This document shows, one piece after another, positions 28,630-38,446 of a stretch of DNA of 53,308 nt. Source of the stretch: Deltaproteobacteria bacterium (GTDB taxonomy: Bacteria; Myxococcota_A; UBA9160; SMWR01); contig JAFDBP010000040.1 of the NCBI GenBank assembly GCA_019313245.1, forward strand, positions 1-53,308, given 5' to 3'. The notes beneath the pieces are model-generated. The model ran no database searches, had not been told where the DNA came from, and saw only the letters and a program-made list of their open reading frames with translations. Numbering within the stretch: position 1 is the stretch's first letter; each line of letters begins with the position of its first letter. The translations under genes were made by a program, and so were the position numbers.

Positions 28630-30372
28630 TCAGCGCTCCGTGGTGTCGATTCGCCGGTAGATCTTGAGCGGCGGCTTTTCCGCTGGAATCCGGAACTTGT
28701 GGAACAACGGATCGGGATTGTTGCTCCAGATGAGATCGCTGGCAGCCGTTTCTTCTTCGCGATACGGGACGCCGGCGAGCGAGCGCAGGAACGCCTCATC
28801 CTGGTTGAGAGGATAGGGGGGGCGCGGAATCACGAAATCGGGCACCCCCCCTCCGTAATTCCAGCGAGAGATGATGTGGAGTTCGGGGTGGTAGAACATG
28901 AGCGACAGATCCTCGTAGGAGGTCTTGACCACCTGCCCGGGCGCCGACCAGCGTTCGAGGTACGCAGAAATTCCCTCCTCGGGGTCGGCGATGTGGTGGC
29001 TGATTTCGTAGAGAAAGAGCGCCTGCTCGGATCGGATGGGCGTCCAACGCCAGAGTTCGGACGGGAAGACCGTGTACTCCTCGCGCGAACTTTCATCGCT
29101 CGGGACGAGCATTTCCACGAGTCTGAGCGGCAAAGCGGAGAGGGCATTCGAACCCAGCAGCAGGAAGACGAGGATCCACGTCGCTCTGCCCATTTCCTCG
29201 AAAAGGAGTTTGAGCAGAGTCGCTCCCCAAAGCATCAGCAGCGGTGACACCGGCAGCAGGTAGCGAAGGAAGGGGTAGGGGGAAGCTACGGACATTCCTA
29301 CGAGATAGAGCGGCACCAGGATCGCGAGGATCTGGAAGAGTGCCCGTGCCGGTTCGCTCGCCTCGGCGTTGTCACTGGATTCACGCGAATGAGCCGAGCG
29401 CAACGACACGGCTGCGAGAATTGCCAGCAGCCCGATCAGGGCGAGCATCGGCATTCGCATCGTCTCGACTGCCGACCCGAGCAGGAAGGCGGCATACGCC
29501 GCGAGTGCGTACGGGCGTACCGCCTTGCGGAAGAATCCGGCGACGACCGGAATCGCAAATGGCAGAACAGCTGCATTGATCCACAGCAGATCGATCCAGA
29601 TGGACCCGCCGACGTCGAGCAGCGACGAGGGCCCTTCCGTTGGGCGGTTCAGAAGATCTGAGTAGGCGGTGAATGGCAGCGCGCCGCCGAGAAGCAGCGC
29701 GGTTGCAAGTGCGATCGGACGCAGGAAGCAGCTACGTCGGTGTTTCCACAGCGCGTGGATCCAGATCGCGGCGAGGTTCAGCGCTGCGACCGCGAAGAAC
29801 GAGTGGAAAGTGAGAAGCAACGCGGCCGATAGGTGGGCCCATCCCGATTTTTGATGGCGGAGAATTGCCAGATAGCCCCAGATGCTCCAGAGCGTGCCCA
29901 GGCTGACGAGGCTGTAGTAGCGACATTGGCGCAGGTGAAGCAGCAGGGGCACCGAAGTGATCAAGATCGCGAGCGCCAGGATCTCGAATTTCGGGTCGCC
30001 CGGCGCGATTCGTCTGGAAAGGCGCCAATAGATCGAGAAACAGGCGAAGCCGACCAGCGCGAACGGGATTCGAGCGGCCCACTCGCTTTCTCCGAAGAGC
30101 GCGAAGGAGCCCGCTGTGAGGTAGAACGGCAACCAGGTGTTCCAGACGAAGACCCGATCGCGGTTGAAGTCGGAGGCGTCGGCGCGATCCGTCGGCAGAT
30201 TTTCGTTCGCCGCAACCTTGGGAAGCCCGGATTCGAGCACGCCCCTTCCGAGCAGGGCCGTTTGCGCCTCGTCGTACCAGAGCGTGCGGTCACCGAGATT
30301 GGCGAGCAGAAGCGCCGCTCCGAGGAGAAGCAGGGCATGGGCGGCGCTTGCGCGTTGCGGGAATCGCTTCAT
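28630..30372 (-). CDS. ArnT/PMT-family (GT-C) membrane glycosyltransferase
   Basis: LWYDEA motif after TM1, FGESEWAARIP and QCRYYSL motifs, many TM helices. Confidence 0.8.
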   Translation of the reverse strand: MKRFPQRASAAHALLLLGAALLLANLGDRTLWYDEAQTALLGRGVLESGLPKVAANENLPTDRADASDFNRDRVFVWNTWLPFYLTAGSFALFGESEWAARIPFALVGFACFSIYWRLSRRIAPGDPKFEILALAILITSVPLLLHLRQCRYYSLVSLGTLWSIWGYLAILRHQKSGWAHLSAALLLTFHSFFAVAALNLAAIWIHALWKHRRSCFLRPIALATALLLGGALPFTAYSDLLNRPTEGPSSLLDVGGSIWIDLLWINAAVLPFAIPVVAGFFRKAVRPYALAAYAAFLLGSAVETMRMPMLALIGLLAILAAVSLRSAHSRESSDNAEASEPARALFQILAILVPLYLVGMSVASPYPFLRYLLPVSPLLMLWGATLLKLLFEEMGRATWILVFLLLGSNALSALPLRLVEMLVPSDESSREEYTVFPSELWRWTPIRSEQALFLYEISHHIADPEEGISAYLERWSAPGQVVKTSYEDLSLMFYHPELHIISRWNYGGGVPDFVIPRPPYPLNQDEAFLRSLAGVPYREEETAASDLIWSNNPDPLFHKFRIPAEKPPLKIYRRIDTTER

Positions 30373-30400
30373 CGGCAACCGTGGTTACGCGGTGTGCGCA

Positions 30401-32332
30401 TCAATGAGTGGGTACCTCGGGATCGGCGGCAGCGAGCGCGGCGCGAAGGCGGTCGAGGTTGTTGCGGTATTTGGAGTTGTCCGCGTCCAGCCGGAGTGCC
30501 TCTTGCACGAGTGAAAGCGCCTCGTCGAGGTCGCCGCGCACGTAGGCGAGAAATGCCAGCTCGTTGAGCGCCGATGCATTCTGGGAATCCAGTGCCAGTA
30601 GGCTTCGGTAGGTTGCTTCCGCGCCCGCGTAGTCTTTCAGGCCGAGCTGCAGGGGACCCAGCTGTTCGAGCAGCCTCTGCGGGCGCCAGCCGAACGCGAG
30701 TGCGCGCTCGAGCGCCGCGACCTGTAGCGCGGGTTCGCCAATGCGGTCGTAGAAGGCGGCCAGGATCACGGCGTCTTCGAATCGGGGGGGAAGCGCATCC
30801 AGGGCTGCGCGCGGATCCCGCGCGCGGATTGTCGCGGGTGTCGTCCCCGGCATCCAAAAGGAGGCCGCCTGATCGAGGTAGACCAGGCGCCAGTTTGCAT
30901 CTCGCGCGAGATCGGGCAGTAACGCTTCCGCCTCCGGTGAGGTGTGCGCCAGCAGGATTCCGCGGAGATCGTGGGCGCGCACGGCATCTCTCCACTCTCC
31001 GGGAGTTCGCGTGGAGGCCAGGACGAATTCGATCCTCTCTGGGCCATAGACCTCCCATCTCCCATCGGTGAGCGGAAGGTTCTGCGGGTAGCGGTGGTAG
31101 ATCACGAAGCCGCCAAGCGTGTTCGAGTTCAGCACGTTGCCATCAAAATCGATCCGCTCGAGAAAATTCGGCAGACCGTGAGGAAAGAATGACTGCGTTA
31201 CGCCGAAACCCGCTCGTGTCGGAAGTTCGAGGTCGAGGTAGAAGCGACCGGAAAGCGGCATCCAACTCCACGCCAACATGGCCAGGGCGAGGGCGACGCA
31301 AGGGGCGGTTCGTCTGCCGAGCCGGTCGAGCATCGGCCCGATCGCTTCCGCCAAGAAAGGGACCGCGACTGCCGCGAAGAGGACGATGTTGCGGCGGCCC
31401 ATCAGCGCCGCGACGAACATGGCCGCCACGATGATGCTGCGCGCGAGCGGGAGCGGGCGGCGGCGCGCGAGCGCATGGATCGCAGAGCCCGCGAGCAGTG
31501 CGACCAGAGCGGCGAAGAACCAGAATGCCGGCGACGAGCGCGCGTTGGCACCGAAGGTTGGGCTCATCTCTCCGAGGCCGCTCACGATTCCCGGTGCGCT
31601 GGCCTCGGTCAGGATGAGGGCCGCGTACGCCCAGGCGCCACCTCCGTAGGGCGTGACCAGCGTCGCCAGCAGGACTGCACCCAGTGTTGCGAGCGCGGGT
31701 TTCCAATCTCGTGCTTTCGATCGCACGCCGGCCCAGACGGCTTCGACTGCGTATGCGCCGACCATGCCCGGTCCGATTGCAAAGAGGCCGTGGCTGTTCA
31801 CCCAGATCAGCTGGAGTGCGAACAGTATGGCAATCCGAAATCGGAGCGGGCGTTCCCGATCGGCGAGAACCAGGTAGAAGGCCGCGACCATCAGCACCGT
31901 GATGGCCTCTGGGCGCGGCAGGAAGCGCTCGACGCAGGCCATCGCGGCGAGAAATGTCAGAGCTGCACTCGTCGGCGCCTCGGCCCAGCGCCGCGCCGCC
32001 CGGTAGGTGAGCGCAAACGTGCCGCCCCAGAGGCCGATCTGGACCCACTGCGCGCCCAGGAGTCCGAAGGCGCGGTGAAAGACGCCGAGGAGCAGCTGGA
32101 ACAGCCAATGAGAGTCGTGATACGGAAGCCCCAGACCCAGTACGGTGTAGCGATCGACGCGGGGGATGGATCTGTGATCGAGGATGTCCCGACCGATTGC
32201 GATGTGCCACCACGCGTCGAGCGAGTAGAGCTCCTGAACGAGGAACGAGGCGATGACCCACGCGAGCGCCGCCAGCAGTGCGGCGTGCGCCAGGCGGTTC
32301 GCGTCACTTGCAGAGTGGGACCTCGGCGACAA
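30401..32332 (-). CDS. Polytopic membrane protein, GT-C-like (DxWWH family), with C-terminal TPRs
   Basis: DAWWHIAIG, HWLFQ, PRPE and WVNSHGLF motifs, many TMs, terminal TPRs. TTG start. Confidence 0.7.
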   Translation of the reverse strand: MSPRSHSASDANRLAHAALLAALAWVIASFLVQELYSLDAWWHIAIGRDILDHRSIPRVDRYTVLGLGLPYHDSHWLFQLLLGVFHRAFGLLGAQWVQIGLWGGTFALTYRAARRWAEAPTSAALTFLAAMACVERFLPRPEAITVLMVAAFYLVLADRERPLRFRIAILFALQLIWVNSHGLFAIGPGMVGAYAVEAVWAGVRSKARDWKPALATLGAVLLATLVTPYGGGAWAYAALILTEASAPGIVSGLGEMSPTFGANARSSPAFWFFAALVALLAGSAIHALARRRPLPLARSIIVAAMFVAALMGRRNIVLFAAVAVPFLAEAIGPMLDRLGRRTAPCVALALAMLAWSWMPLSGRFYLDLELPTRAGFGVTQSFFPHGLPNFLERIDFDGNVLNSNTLGGFVIYHRYPQNLPLTDGRWEVYGPERIEFVLASTRTPGEWRDAVRAHDLRGILLAHTSPEAEALLPDLARDANWRLVYLDQAASFWMPGTTPATIRARDPRAALDALPPRFEDAVILAAFYDRIGEPALQVAALERALAFGWRPQRLLEQLGPLQLGLKDYAGAEATYRSLLALDSQNASALNELAFLAYVRGDLDEALSLVQEALRLDADNSKYRNNLDRLRAALAAADPEVPTH

Positions 32333-32486
32333 CCGGCCTCCAGGGTCGATACGTGCCCGCCATGGGGGGTCTCGGCGCGCGTTCGCGTGTAGTGCGGGGG
32401 AATTCTATCCGATCTGCTCTGCGATTCGAGTGCGATGCGCGCGCGATCGAAGCCGCGCTGCAATTTCGCGTTACACTCGCGAGCCG

Positions 32487-34208
32487 ATGGAGTCGAACCG
32501 CACCGGCGCCGAACGGGATGAAGTGATGGGCGACGCTTCCTTCTCCTTGCGGGCGCGCAGCGACGCGCGGCTCGTCATTGGGCTCTGCCTGCTGCTGGCC
32601 GCGGCAACCTTCGCGAGTTATGGACCGCTTCGCGACGCGGCATTCGTCAACTTCGACGATCAGGAGTACGTCTACGAAAACGCGCACGTCGTCTCTGGTT
32701 TGACCTGGGAGAACGTCCGCTGGGCATTTGCCACCACGCAAATGGGCAATTGGAACCCGCTCACCTGGCTGTCGCATATGCTCGATTGCGAACTGTTCGG
32801 GTTGAATGCCCGCGGTCATCATCTGACGAATCTGCTGCTGCACGTCGCGAACACCCTTCTACTGTTTCTCATCTTGCTGCGCGCGACCCGATCTCACTGG
32901 AGGAGCGGCTTCGTCGCGGCGCTCTTCGCGCTCCACCCCCTCCACGTGGAGTCGGTGGCGTGGGTGTCCGAGCGGAAGGACGTGCTCAGCACCTTCTTCT
33001 GGATGCTCACGGTCGGGAGCTACCTGCGGTTCGTGAGGGTCCCATCCGCTCGCAGCTATCTCCCCGTCGGCCTCTTCTTCGCACTCGGCCTGATGGCCAA
33101 GCCGATGCTGGTCACGCTGCCGTTCTCACTGCTTCTATTGGACTTCTGGCCGCTGCGTCGAATCGAAATCGAGCGGTCGAGCGCTGCGGCCGGCACCGCG
33201 TGGCGGCAGCTTCTGACTCTCGTTCGCGAGAAGCTTCCGCTGTTTGTGCTCTCGGGAATTGCGAGTGCCATTGCCTTGTGGGCCCAGCAAGGCAGCGGCG
33301 CGGTGCGCTCTCTCGATGCCTGGCCGCTCGGTATCCGCATCGCAAACGCCGCAGTCGTCTATGTCGAGTACATCGCGAAGATGTTCTGGCCCACGCAGCT
33401 CGCCATCTACTATCCCCATCCGGGTTTTCCGCCCGTCTGGAAGCTCGCGCTTTCCGTAGCTGCATTGGTGGCGATCTCGCTCTTCGCGCTCCGCGCGGCG
33501 AGTCGTCGGCCCGCTCTTACAGTGGGATGGCTGTGGTATCTCGGCACCCTGCTTCCCGTGATCGGACTCGTGCAGATCGGTTCGCAGGCGATGGCCGATC
33601 GATACACCTACGTGCCGCTGATCGGTCTGTTCATCGCGCTCGCGTGGGCAATTCCGGAATCTGCAGTGCGCGGGCGCCAGCGGCAGCTCGCGCTAGGGGC
33701 CGGCGCCGCGGCGGTTCTCGCGCTGTTTTCGCTGCTGACGTGGCAGCAGGTGGGATACTGGCGAGGCGGTATCCGGCTCTTCGAGCGCGCGCTGGAAGTC
33801 ACGCAGAACAACAGCCTGGCGCATTTCAGTCTCGGGTTGGCGCTGGGCCACGAGGGGCGATTCGCGGAGGCCCTGACGCACCACGAGGCGGCGCTGCGCA
33901 TCGACCCGAACCACGAGGAGGCCCTTTACGAGATCGGCATCCTCTTCGAGCGACTGGGTAGAACGGAAGATGCGATTCGGGCATACAGCGAAGCGATCCG
34001 AATGCATCCCCACCACGTGCGCGCGCGCAACAACCTCGCGGCAATCTTTGCGCGTGCGGGGCGGCTCGACGAGGCCATCTTTCAGCTGCGCGAAGCGCTC
34101 CGCGTCGATCCCGCTAATCAGCAGGTGCGGAGGAACCTCGAGAAGATCGAAGAATTTCGGACTCGCACAGGAGTGCGGCTCCCGCCCGCTCGAATGCCAT
34201 CCGGGTAG
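32487..34208 (+). CDS. TMTC-like GT-C membrane glycosyltransferase with TPR repeats
   Basis: FVNFDDQEYV, NWNPLTWLSHMLD, HHLTNLLLH, LHPLHVESVAWVSERKDVL and ADRYTYVP motifs, plus TPRs. Start is 32487 or 32526. Confidence 0.88.
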   Translation: MESNRTGAERDEVMGDASFSLRARSDARLVIGLCLLLAAATFASYGPLRDAAFVNFDDQEYVYENAHVVSGLTWENVRWAFATTQMGNWNPLTWLSHMLDCELFGLNARGHHLTNLLLHVANTLLLFLILLRATRSHWRSGFVAALFALHPLHVESVAWVSERKDVLSTFFWMLTVGSYLRFVRVPSARSYLPVGLFFALGLMAKPMLVTLPFSLLLLDFWPLRRIEIERSSAAAGTAWRQLLTLVREKLPLFVLSGIASAIALWAQQGSGAVRSLDAWPLGIRIANAAVVYVEYIAKMFWPTQLAIYYPHPGFPPVWKLALSVAALVAISLFALRAASRRPALTVGWLWYLGTLLPVIGLVQIGSQAMADRYTYVPLIGLFIALAWAIPESAVRGRQRQLALGAGAAAVLALFSLLTWQQVGYWRGGIRLFERALEVTQNNSLAHFSLGLALGHEGRFAEALTHHEAALRIDPNHEEALYEIGILFERLGRTEDAIRAYSEAIRMHPHHVRARNNLAAIFARAGRLDEAIFQLREALRVDPANQQVRRNLEKIEEFRTRTGVRLPPARMPSG

Positions 34209-34262
34209 AGCGAGAGTTTTCGCCCCAACACCGAACATCGAGCGGTGAGCGTGATCGCGCGG

Positions 34263-35765
34263 TTAATTTGCGCCGCCGATCCGCTCGATCATGTAGGCAG
34301 CGTGGCTTTGCTCTCGGGTGATCCCGAGCGCTCGTTCCAACGGAAGGGCCTTCTCGTACCAGACCAGGGCCTCCTCGTCATTGCCGCGTTCGTGGGCCCT
34401 GTCGCCGAAGCGGATGTGGCGCTGCGCGTAGTAGCGCGTGTTTTCGACGCCGGCGGCGATATGCCGTTGCGCGTCCGCTTCGCGCCCCAGTCGGGAGTAC
34501 TCTCGGATCAGGTTGATCCGGACGGCATTCGAACGCGGGGTCTTTTGCGCGGCATCCTCGAAGATCGCAATGTTGTCCACCCAGGATCGGTTGCGGTTGA
34601 TCGTCGCGGATCCCAGTACCAGGCAGAGCGCCACGAACACCGCGAAGATGGCGCGGCGCGACCGCATCTCGGTCCAATTCTCGGGGATGAGGCTCGCGAG
34701 CAGAAAGAAGATTCCGAGCGCCGGCAGGTAACAGAATCGCTCCCCCATCATGTCGCCGCGGATCGGAATGACGTTCATCACGGGGAGCAGTGTGATGAAG
34801 AACCAGGCGATGCCGAATGCCAGCTGGGGGCGGCGACGGATCGAAATCGCCATCACGGTCAGCAGCCCGAGGATGACGAGAACCGAAATCGCCACGGCGG
34901 GATCGAAGGCGGATTCTGGCACGGGAACATCGTGACGGATGGACTGATTCACCGGAACCAGGATGAGTCCGAGATATCGCGCCACTACGGTCGCCTGCAT
35001 GAGCATGGTGCGGAGAAACGTCACGCCGGCATAGGACGCGCCCTGTCCGATGTCGCCCACCAGGCTGCTGCGCAATGCGACGAAACCGATCGACAGCGCC
35101 AGCAGAAGCGCGATGCAGCCGAGGCACACCCGTCTGCTCTCAGGTTTTCTCAGGCCGGTCTTTCTCGTCAGATCGGAAGCGGCGAGAAGCAACGGCAGAC
35201 TCAGCGCCGATTCCTTCGAGAGAAGCGACAACGCGTAACAAGCCGCCAACCCGCAAATCGCAGAGGTCTTGTGGGCCGTCTCCGGAACGCGGAGATACAG
35301 CGAGAAAGCCAGCAGATAGAAGAGGGCGAACATGACGTCAGTGAGGCCGGTGATGCTGGAGACGGCCTCGGTCATCAATGGGTGCACTGCGAAGAGCGCG
35401 GCTACCGCGGTTGCGGTGTCCGATCGGCCCGACAGTCGGCGAAACAGGTTGAAGACCAGCACCACATTCAGCATGTGCAGAATTACGCAGAGCAGGTGGT
35501 ACGGCCAAGCCTGCAATCCAATGACTCGGTGCATCAGCGCATAGGTCAGCGTTCTGAGGGGTCGAAAGAACTTCTGCGCTTCATCGATGGATCCGGTAGA
35601 CGCGTCGGTGAAGAAAGTCGCCCAGTTGGAGAGATCCTGAACGGCGGTATTTCGCGTCAGTACGTACTCGTCGTCCCAGACGAAGCCGTTGGTCACCGCG
35701 TTGGCGTAGACGAGACCTGTGACGCCAACGAGAATTGCGACGCGAAGGATCGCTAGGCGATTCAT
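34263..35765 (-). CDS. TMTC-like GT-C membrane glycosyltransferase with a short TPR tail
   Basis: GFVWDDEYV, FFRPL, FAVHPLMTEAV, SKES and GERFCYLP motifs. GGAG RBS before ATG 35765. Confidence 0.85.
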   Translation of the reverse strand: MNRLAILRVAILVGVTGLVYANAVTNGFVWDDEYVLTRNTAVQDLSNWATFFTDASTGSIDEAQKFFRPLRTLTYALMHRVIGLQAWPYHLLCVILHMLNVVLVFNLFRRLSGRSDTATAVAALFAVHPLMTEAVSSITGLTDVMFALFYLLAFSLYLRVPETAHKTSAICGLAACYALSLLSKESALSLPLLLAASDLTRKTGLRKPESRRVCLGCIALLLALSIGFVALRSSLVGDIGQGASYAGVTFLRTMLMQATVVARYLGLILVPVNQSIRHDVPVPESAFDPAVAISVLVILGLLTVMAISIRRRPQLAFGIAWFFITLLPVMNVIPIRGDMMGERFCYLPALGIFFLLASLIPENWTEMRSRRAIFAVFVALCLVLGSATINRNRSWVDNIAIFEDAAQKTPRSNAVRINLIREYSRLGREADAQRHIAAGVENTRYYAQRHIRFGDRAHERGNDEEALVWYEKALPLERALGITREQSHAAYMIERIGGAN

Positions 35766-35926
35766 TGCGGAATTCTCCAGCTCGTCCGCGCAATGTCGCG
35801 GCGCGGATCGCGGAATACCGAGGTTACGAGTGGAGCGAGTAATTTGAATTGAATCCCTCGCAACCATCCATCGCGAATAGACTCTACTGGTGTCCGCTGT
35901 GTGAAGCACATGCGGGAGAAGCCGTA

Positions 35927-36850
35927 TTAGCGGGCGTTGCTCGCAGGTCCGAACTGGCGCGCGCCGCCATTGAGAATCTGCCCCGACTGCGGGCGGAAAC
36001 CGTCGGGCGTATTCGTCGCGAACCGGATGTCCACGGTTTGCCACTCCAGGTCTTCATCCACCGTGAATACGTCGAAGTGGAGGTGGGGGCTCTGGCTGTA
36101 ACCGGTGTTGCCGCTGTAGCCGATCAGGTCGCCCGCGGCGACGCGGTCGCCGACGTCGACGTGCGCGCCTCCCTGCTTCAGGTGCAGATAGCGTGCGATG
36201 GTTCCGTCGTCGTGGAGAATGAAGATCTGGTTTGCGCGCTTCTTGAATCGCTCCTCGAGACCACCCTGGCGGAAGTTCTCGATTGCCCGGATCACGGTGC
36301 CACCCCGCGCGGCGCGGATTGGCGTTCCAGACGGCGTCCAGAAATCGAACGCGAAGTGCGACTTGCCGGTGTGCGAAAAGGAGCCGCCGATCGCCTGGCC
36401 GACCTCGAAGCGAAAATTCGGCGCCCAGGGCAGCCAATATCGAGCGTTTGCATCGTGCCGAGCGCCGAGGACGCCGGTCGTCCAGTCCCAACGCGAGCGC
36501 CAGCTGAACGAATCCGCCCGTTCGTGCGCCCGGATTTCGACCAATCGCTTCCGGGTTCCGGCCGGGACGACGGCCCTCACGGGCAGCGCCTCGGAGCTCT
36601 TCATGTTCTCGAGGATCGGAAAATCGAGCTGCAGGCTCACGGGCGCATCGAGTTGATTTACCGCATACAGCGATGCGCCGGCTTCCTCTCGCTCGACCTC
36701 GATGCAGACGCCATCCGGGCAATCGATCTCGTCGGCTCGGCTCGGCAACAGGGCAAAGCAGGCCAGCAGCAGCGCGACTCGCGCGATCCGGAGCGAAGCC
36801 GACAGCGGGCGGTCGCCTCGCGGGGCGCTCGATGTCGCGCAACACGCCAT
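35927..36850 (-). CDS. M23 family metallopeptidase
   Basis: SH..FAFDF, GTPIRAARGG, YLHL and GYSGNTGYSQSPHLHF motifs. Signal peptide. Confidence 0.87.
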   Translation of the reverse strand: MACCATSSAPRGDRPLSASLRIARVALLLACFALLPSRADEIDCPDGVCIEVEREEAGASLYAVNQLDAPVSLQLDFPILENMKSSEALPVRAVVPAGTRKRLVEIRAHERADSFSWRSRWDWTTGVLGARHDANARYWLPWAPNFRFEVGQAIGGSFSHTGKSHFAFDFWTPSGTPIRAARGGTVIRAIENFRQGGLEERFKKRANQIFILHDDGTIARYLHLKQGGAHVDVGDRVAAGDLIGYSGNTGYSQSPHLHFDVFTVDEDLEWQTVDIRFATNTPDGFRPQSGQILNGGARQFGPASNAR

Positions 36851-36939
36851 ATCCCTCTTTTCGAAATCCCGCCTCCCGAAGTGAAGGCCGGCTCGGCGCG
36901 CGTGATACCTTTGGCGGCCAGGGGGTGTTGTCCGTCGCG

Positions 36940-38412
36940 ATGGAATGGCTGTTGAGCAGCGTTGGGCGCGGGGCGCTCGCCGCCCTGGTGGGCGGAATTG
37001 GGCTGGCCGGGGGCTGTGCGCCGGAGCCGGGCGATTCCCGGCCGTCCATCCTGCTCGTGGTGATCGATACGCTGCGTGCAGACGCGGTTTCTGCGTACGG
37101 CGCGGTCGAGGGGACCACGCCCGCGTTCGACGCTCTGGCCTCCGAGGGGCTGCTCTACGGGCGCGCTTTCGCGCCCTCGCCCTGGACGCTGCCCTCTCAC
37201 GCATCGCTGATGACTGGGCTCGAGGTCGATCGGCACGGCGTCGGCGTCGGCGGGCAGATGGGGCTGCGCGCCGAATTCGCGACGCTCGCCGAGCGGCTGC
37301 TGGCCGCCGGTTATCAGACGGCTGGGTTTTCGGAGAACCCACTCGTGAGCGACCTATTCGGCTTCGCACAGGGCTTCGAGCGCTTTGCCGCGGTCACGGT
37401 CGACGATGTGATCGAAGAGGATGAGCGCCCCGGCAGTCTGCAATTCGACATCGTCGCAGAGGTGGCGGCCTTCGCCGCGGGCCGAGATCGCGAGCGCCCG
37501 TTTTTCATCTTCGTCAATCTATTCGATCCCCACTCTCCCTATCGGGATCGCGGGCAGAACCGATTTATCGGCCGCGGCGTTTCGATCGGCGACACCTGGA
37601 CGGCGGATGCGTTGAAGGCGTCGCCCAATCGGATCTGCGACCGGCTTCCGCCTCCGGAGGATCTGAAGCAGTTGCACGGGCTGTATCTGGGCGACGTCGC
37701 GGCGGCGGATGAGAAGCTCGGAAAGATCGCGGCGATCGCGCGCGAGGCGGCGGAGGGCGGGTTGGTCAGCGTCGCAACCGCGGATCACGGGGAGCATTTC
37801 GGTGAGCACCGGCTGCTCGATCACGAGTTCAGCGTTCGGGCGCCGGTTCTGAGCATTCCCCTCGCCGTCCACGGGCTTCCCGGTGTGCGGGCGGACCGCA
37901 TCGAAGCACCGGTGACACTCGTCGATGTGGCAGCTTCGGTGCTGCGTTGGGCCGGTGCGGAAATCCCCTCGGAGTTCGCCGGACGGCCGCTGCCGATACG
38001 CAAATCGGAAGTCGATCGGTCTGGTGTCGACCTGCTCGCCGTCTACAGCGACGAAAGATTGAGCGTGCCCGAGGACTGGAGCGAAGATCTCGCGCCTGCA
38101 GAAGCCGCCAGGGATACCAAGCGGTCGGGCTGCTGGCCGAGCGACCGGGTCTTCGGAGACATGGCGGCGCTGACGCGCTGGCCGTTCAAACTGATCTGGT
38201 TCGAGAACTACCCGGCCGAACTCTACGACTTGAGCTGGGATCAGTTGGAGCGCTCGGATCTCGCCGAGCTGCGGCCCGAGGTCCGCGGCCCGCTGGTCGA
38301 AGAAGCCCAGCACCGAGTAGAGGAACTCGGACTGGCGCGCGCCGCGGGCGCGGTCGAGCTGCCGTCCGAAGCGGAACTCGAGGCATTGCGGGAACTCGGC
38401 TACCGGGAGTAG
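36940..38412 (+). CDS. Sulfatase-like hydrolase/transferase lipoprotein
   Basis: Lipobox-like LAGGC. LLVVIDTLRAD, PWTLPSHASLMTG, FDPHSPY, ADHGE and C-terminal LRELGY motifs. Confidence 0.85.
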   Translation: MEWLLSSVGRGALAALVGGIGLAGGCAPEPGDSRPSILLVVIDTLRADAVSAYGAVEGTTPAFDALASEGLLYGRAFAPSPWTLPSHASLMTGLEVDRHGVGVGGQMGLRAEFATLAERLLAAGYQTAGFSENPLVSDLFGFAQGFERFAAVTVDDVIEEDERPGSLQFDIVAEVAAFAAGRDRERPFFIFVNLFDPHSPYRDRGQNRFIGRGVSIGDTWTADALKASPNRICDRLPPPEDLKQLHGLYLGDVAAADEKLGKIAAIAREAAEGGLVSVATADHGEHFGEHRLLDHEFSVRAPVLSIPLAVHGLPGVRADRIEAPVTLVDVAASVLRWAGAEIPSEFAGRPLPIRKSEVDRSGVDLLAVYSDERLSVPEDWSEDLAPAEAARDTKRSGCWPSDRVFGDMAALTRWPFKLIWFENYPAELYDLSWDQLERSDLAELRPEVRGPLVEEAQHRVEELGLARAAGAVELPSEAELEALRELGYRE

Positions 38413-38446
38413 CGCCGCTGCTGGACGCGGTGCCGGGTTGGGATTC

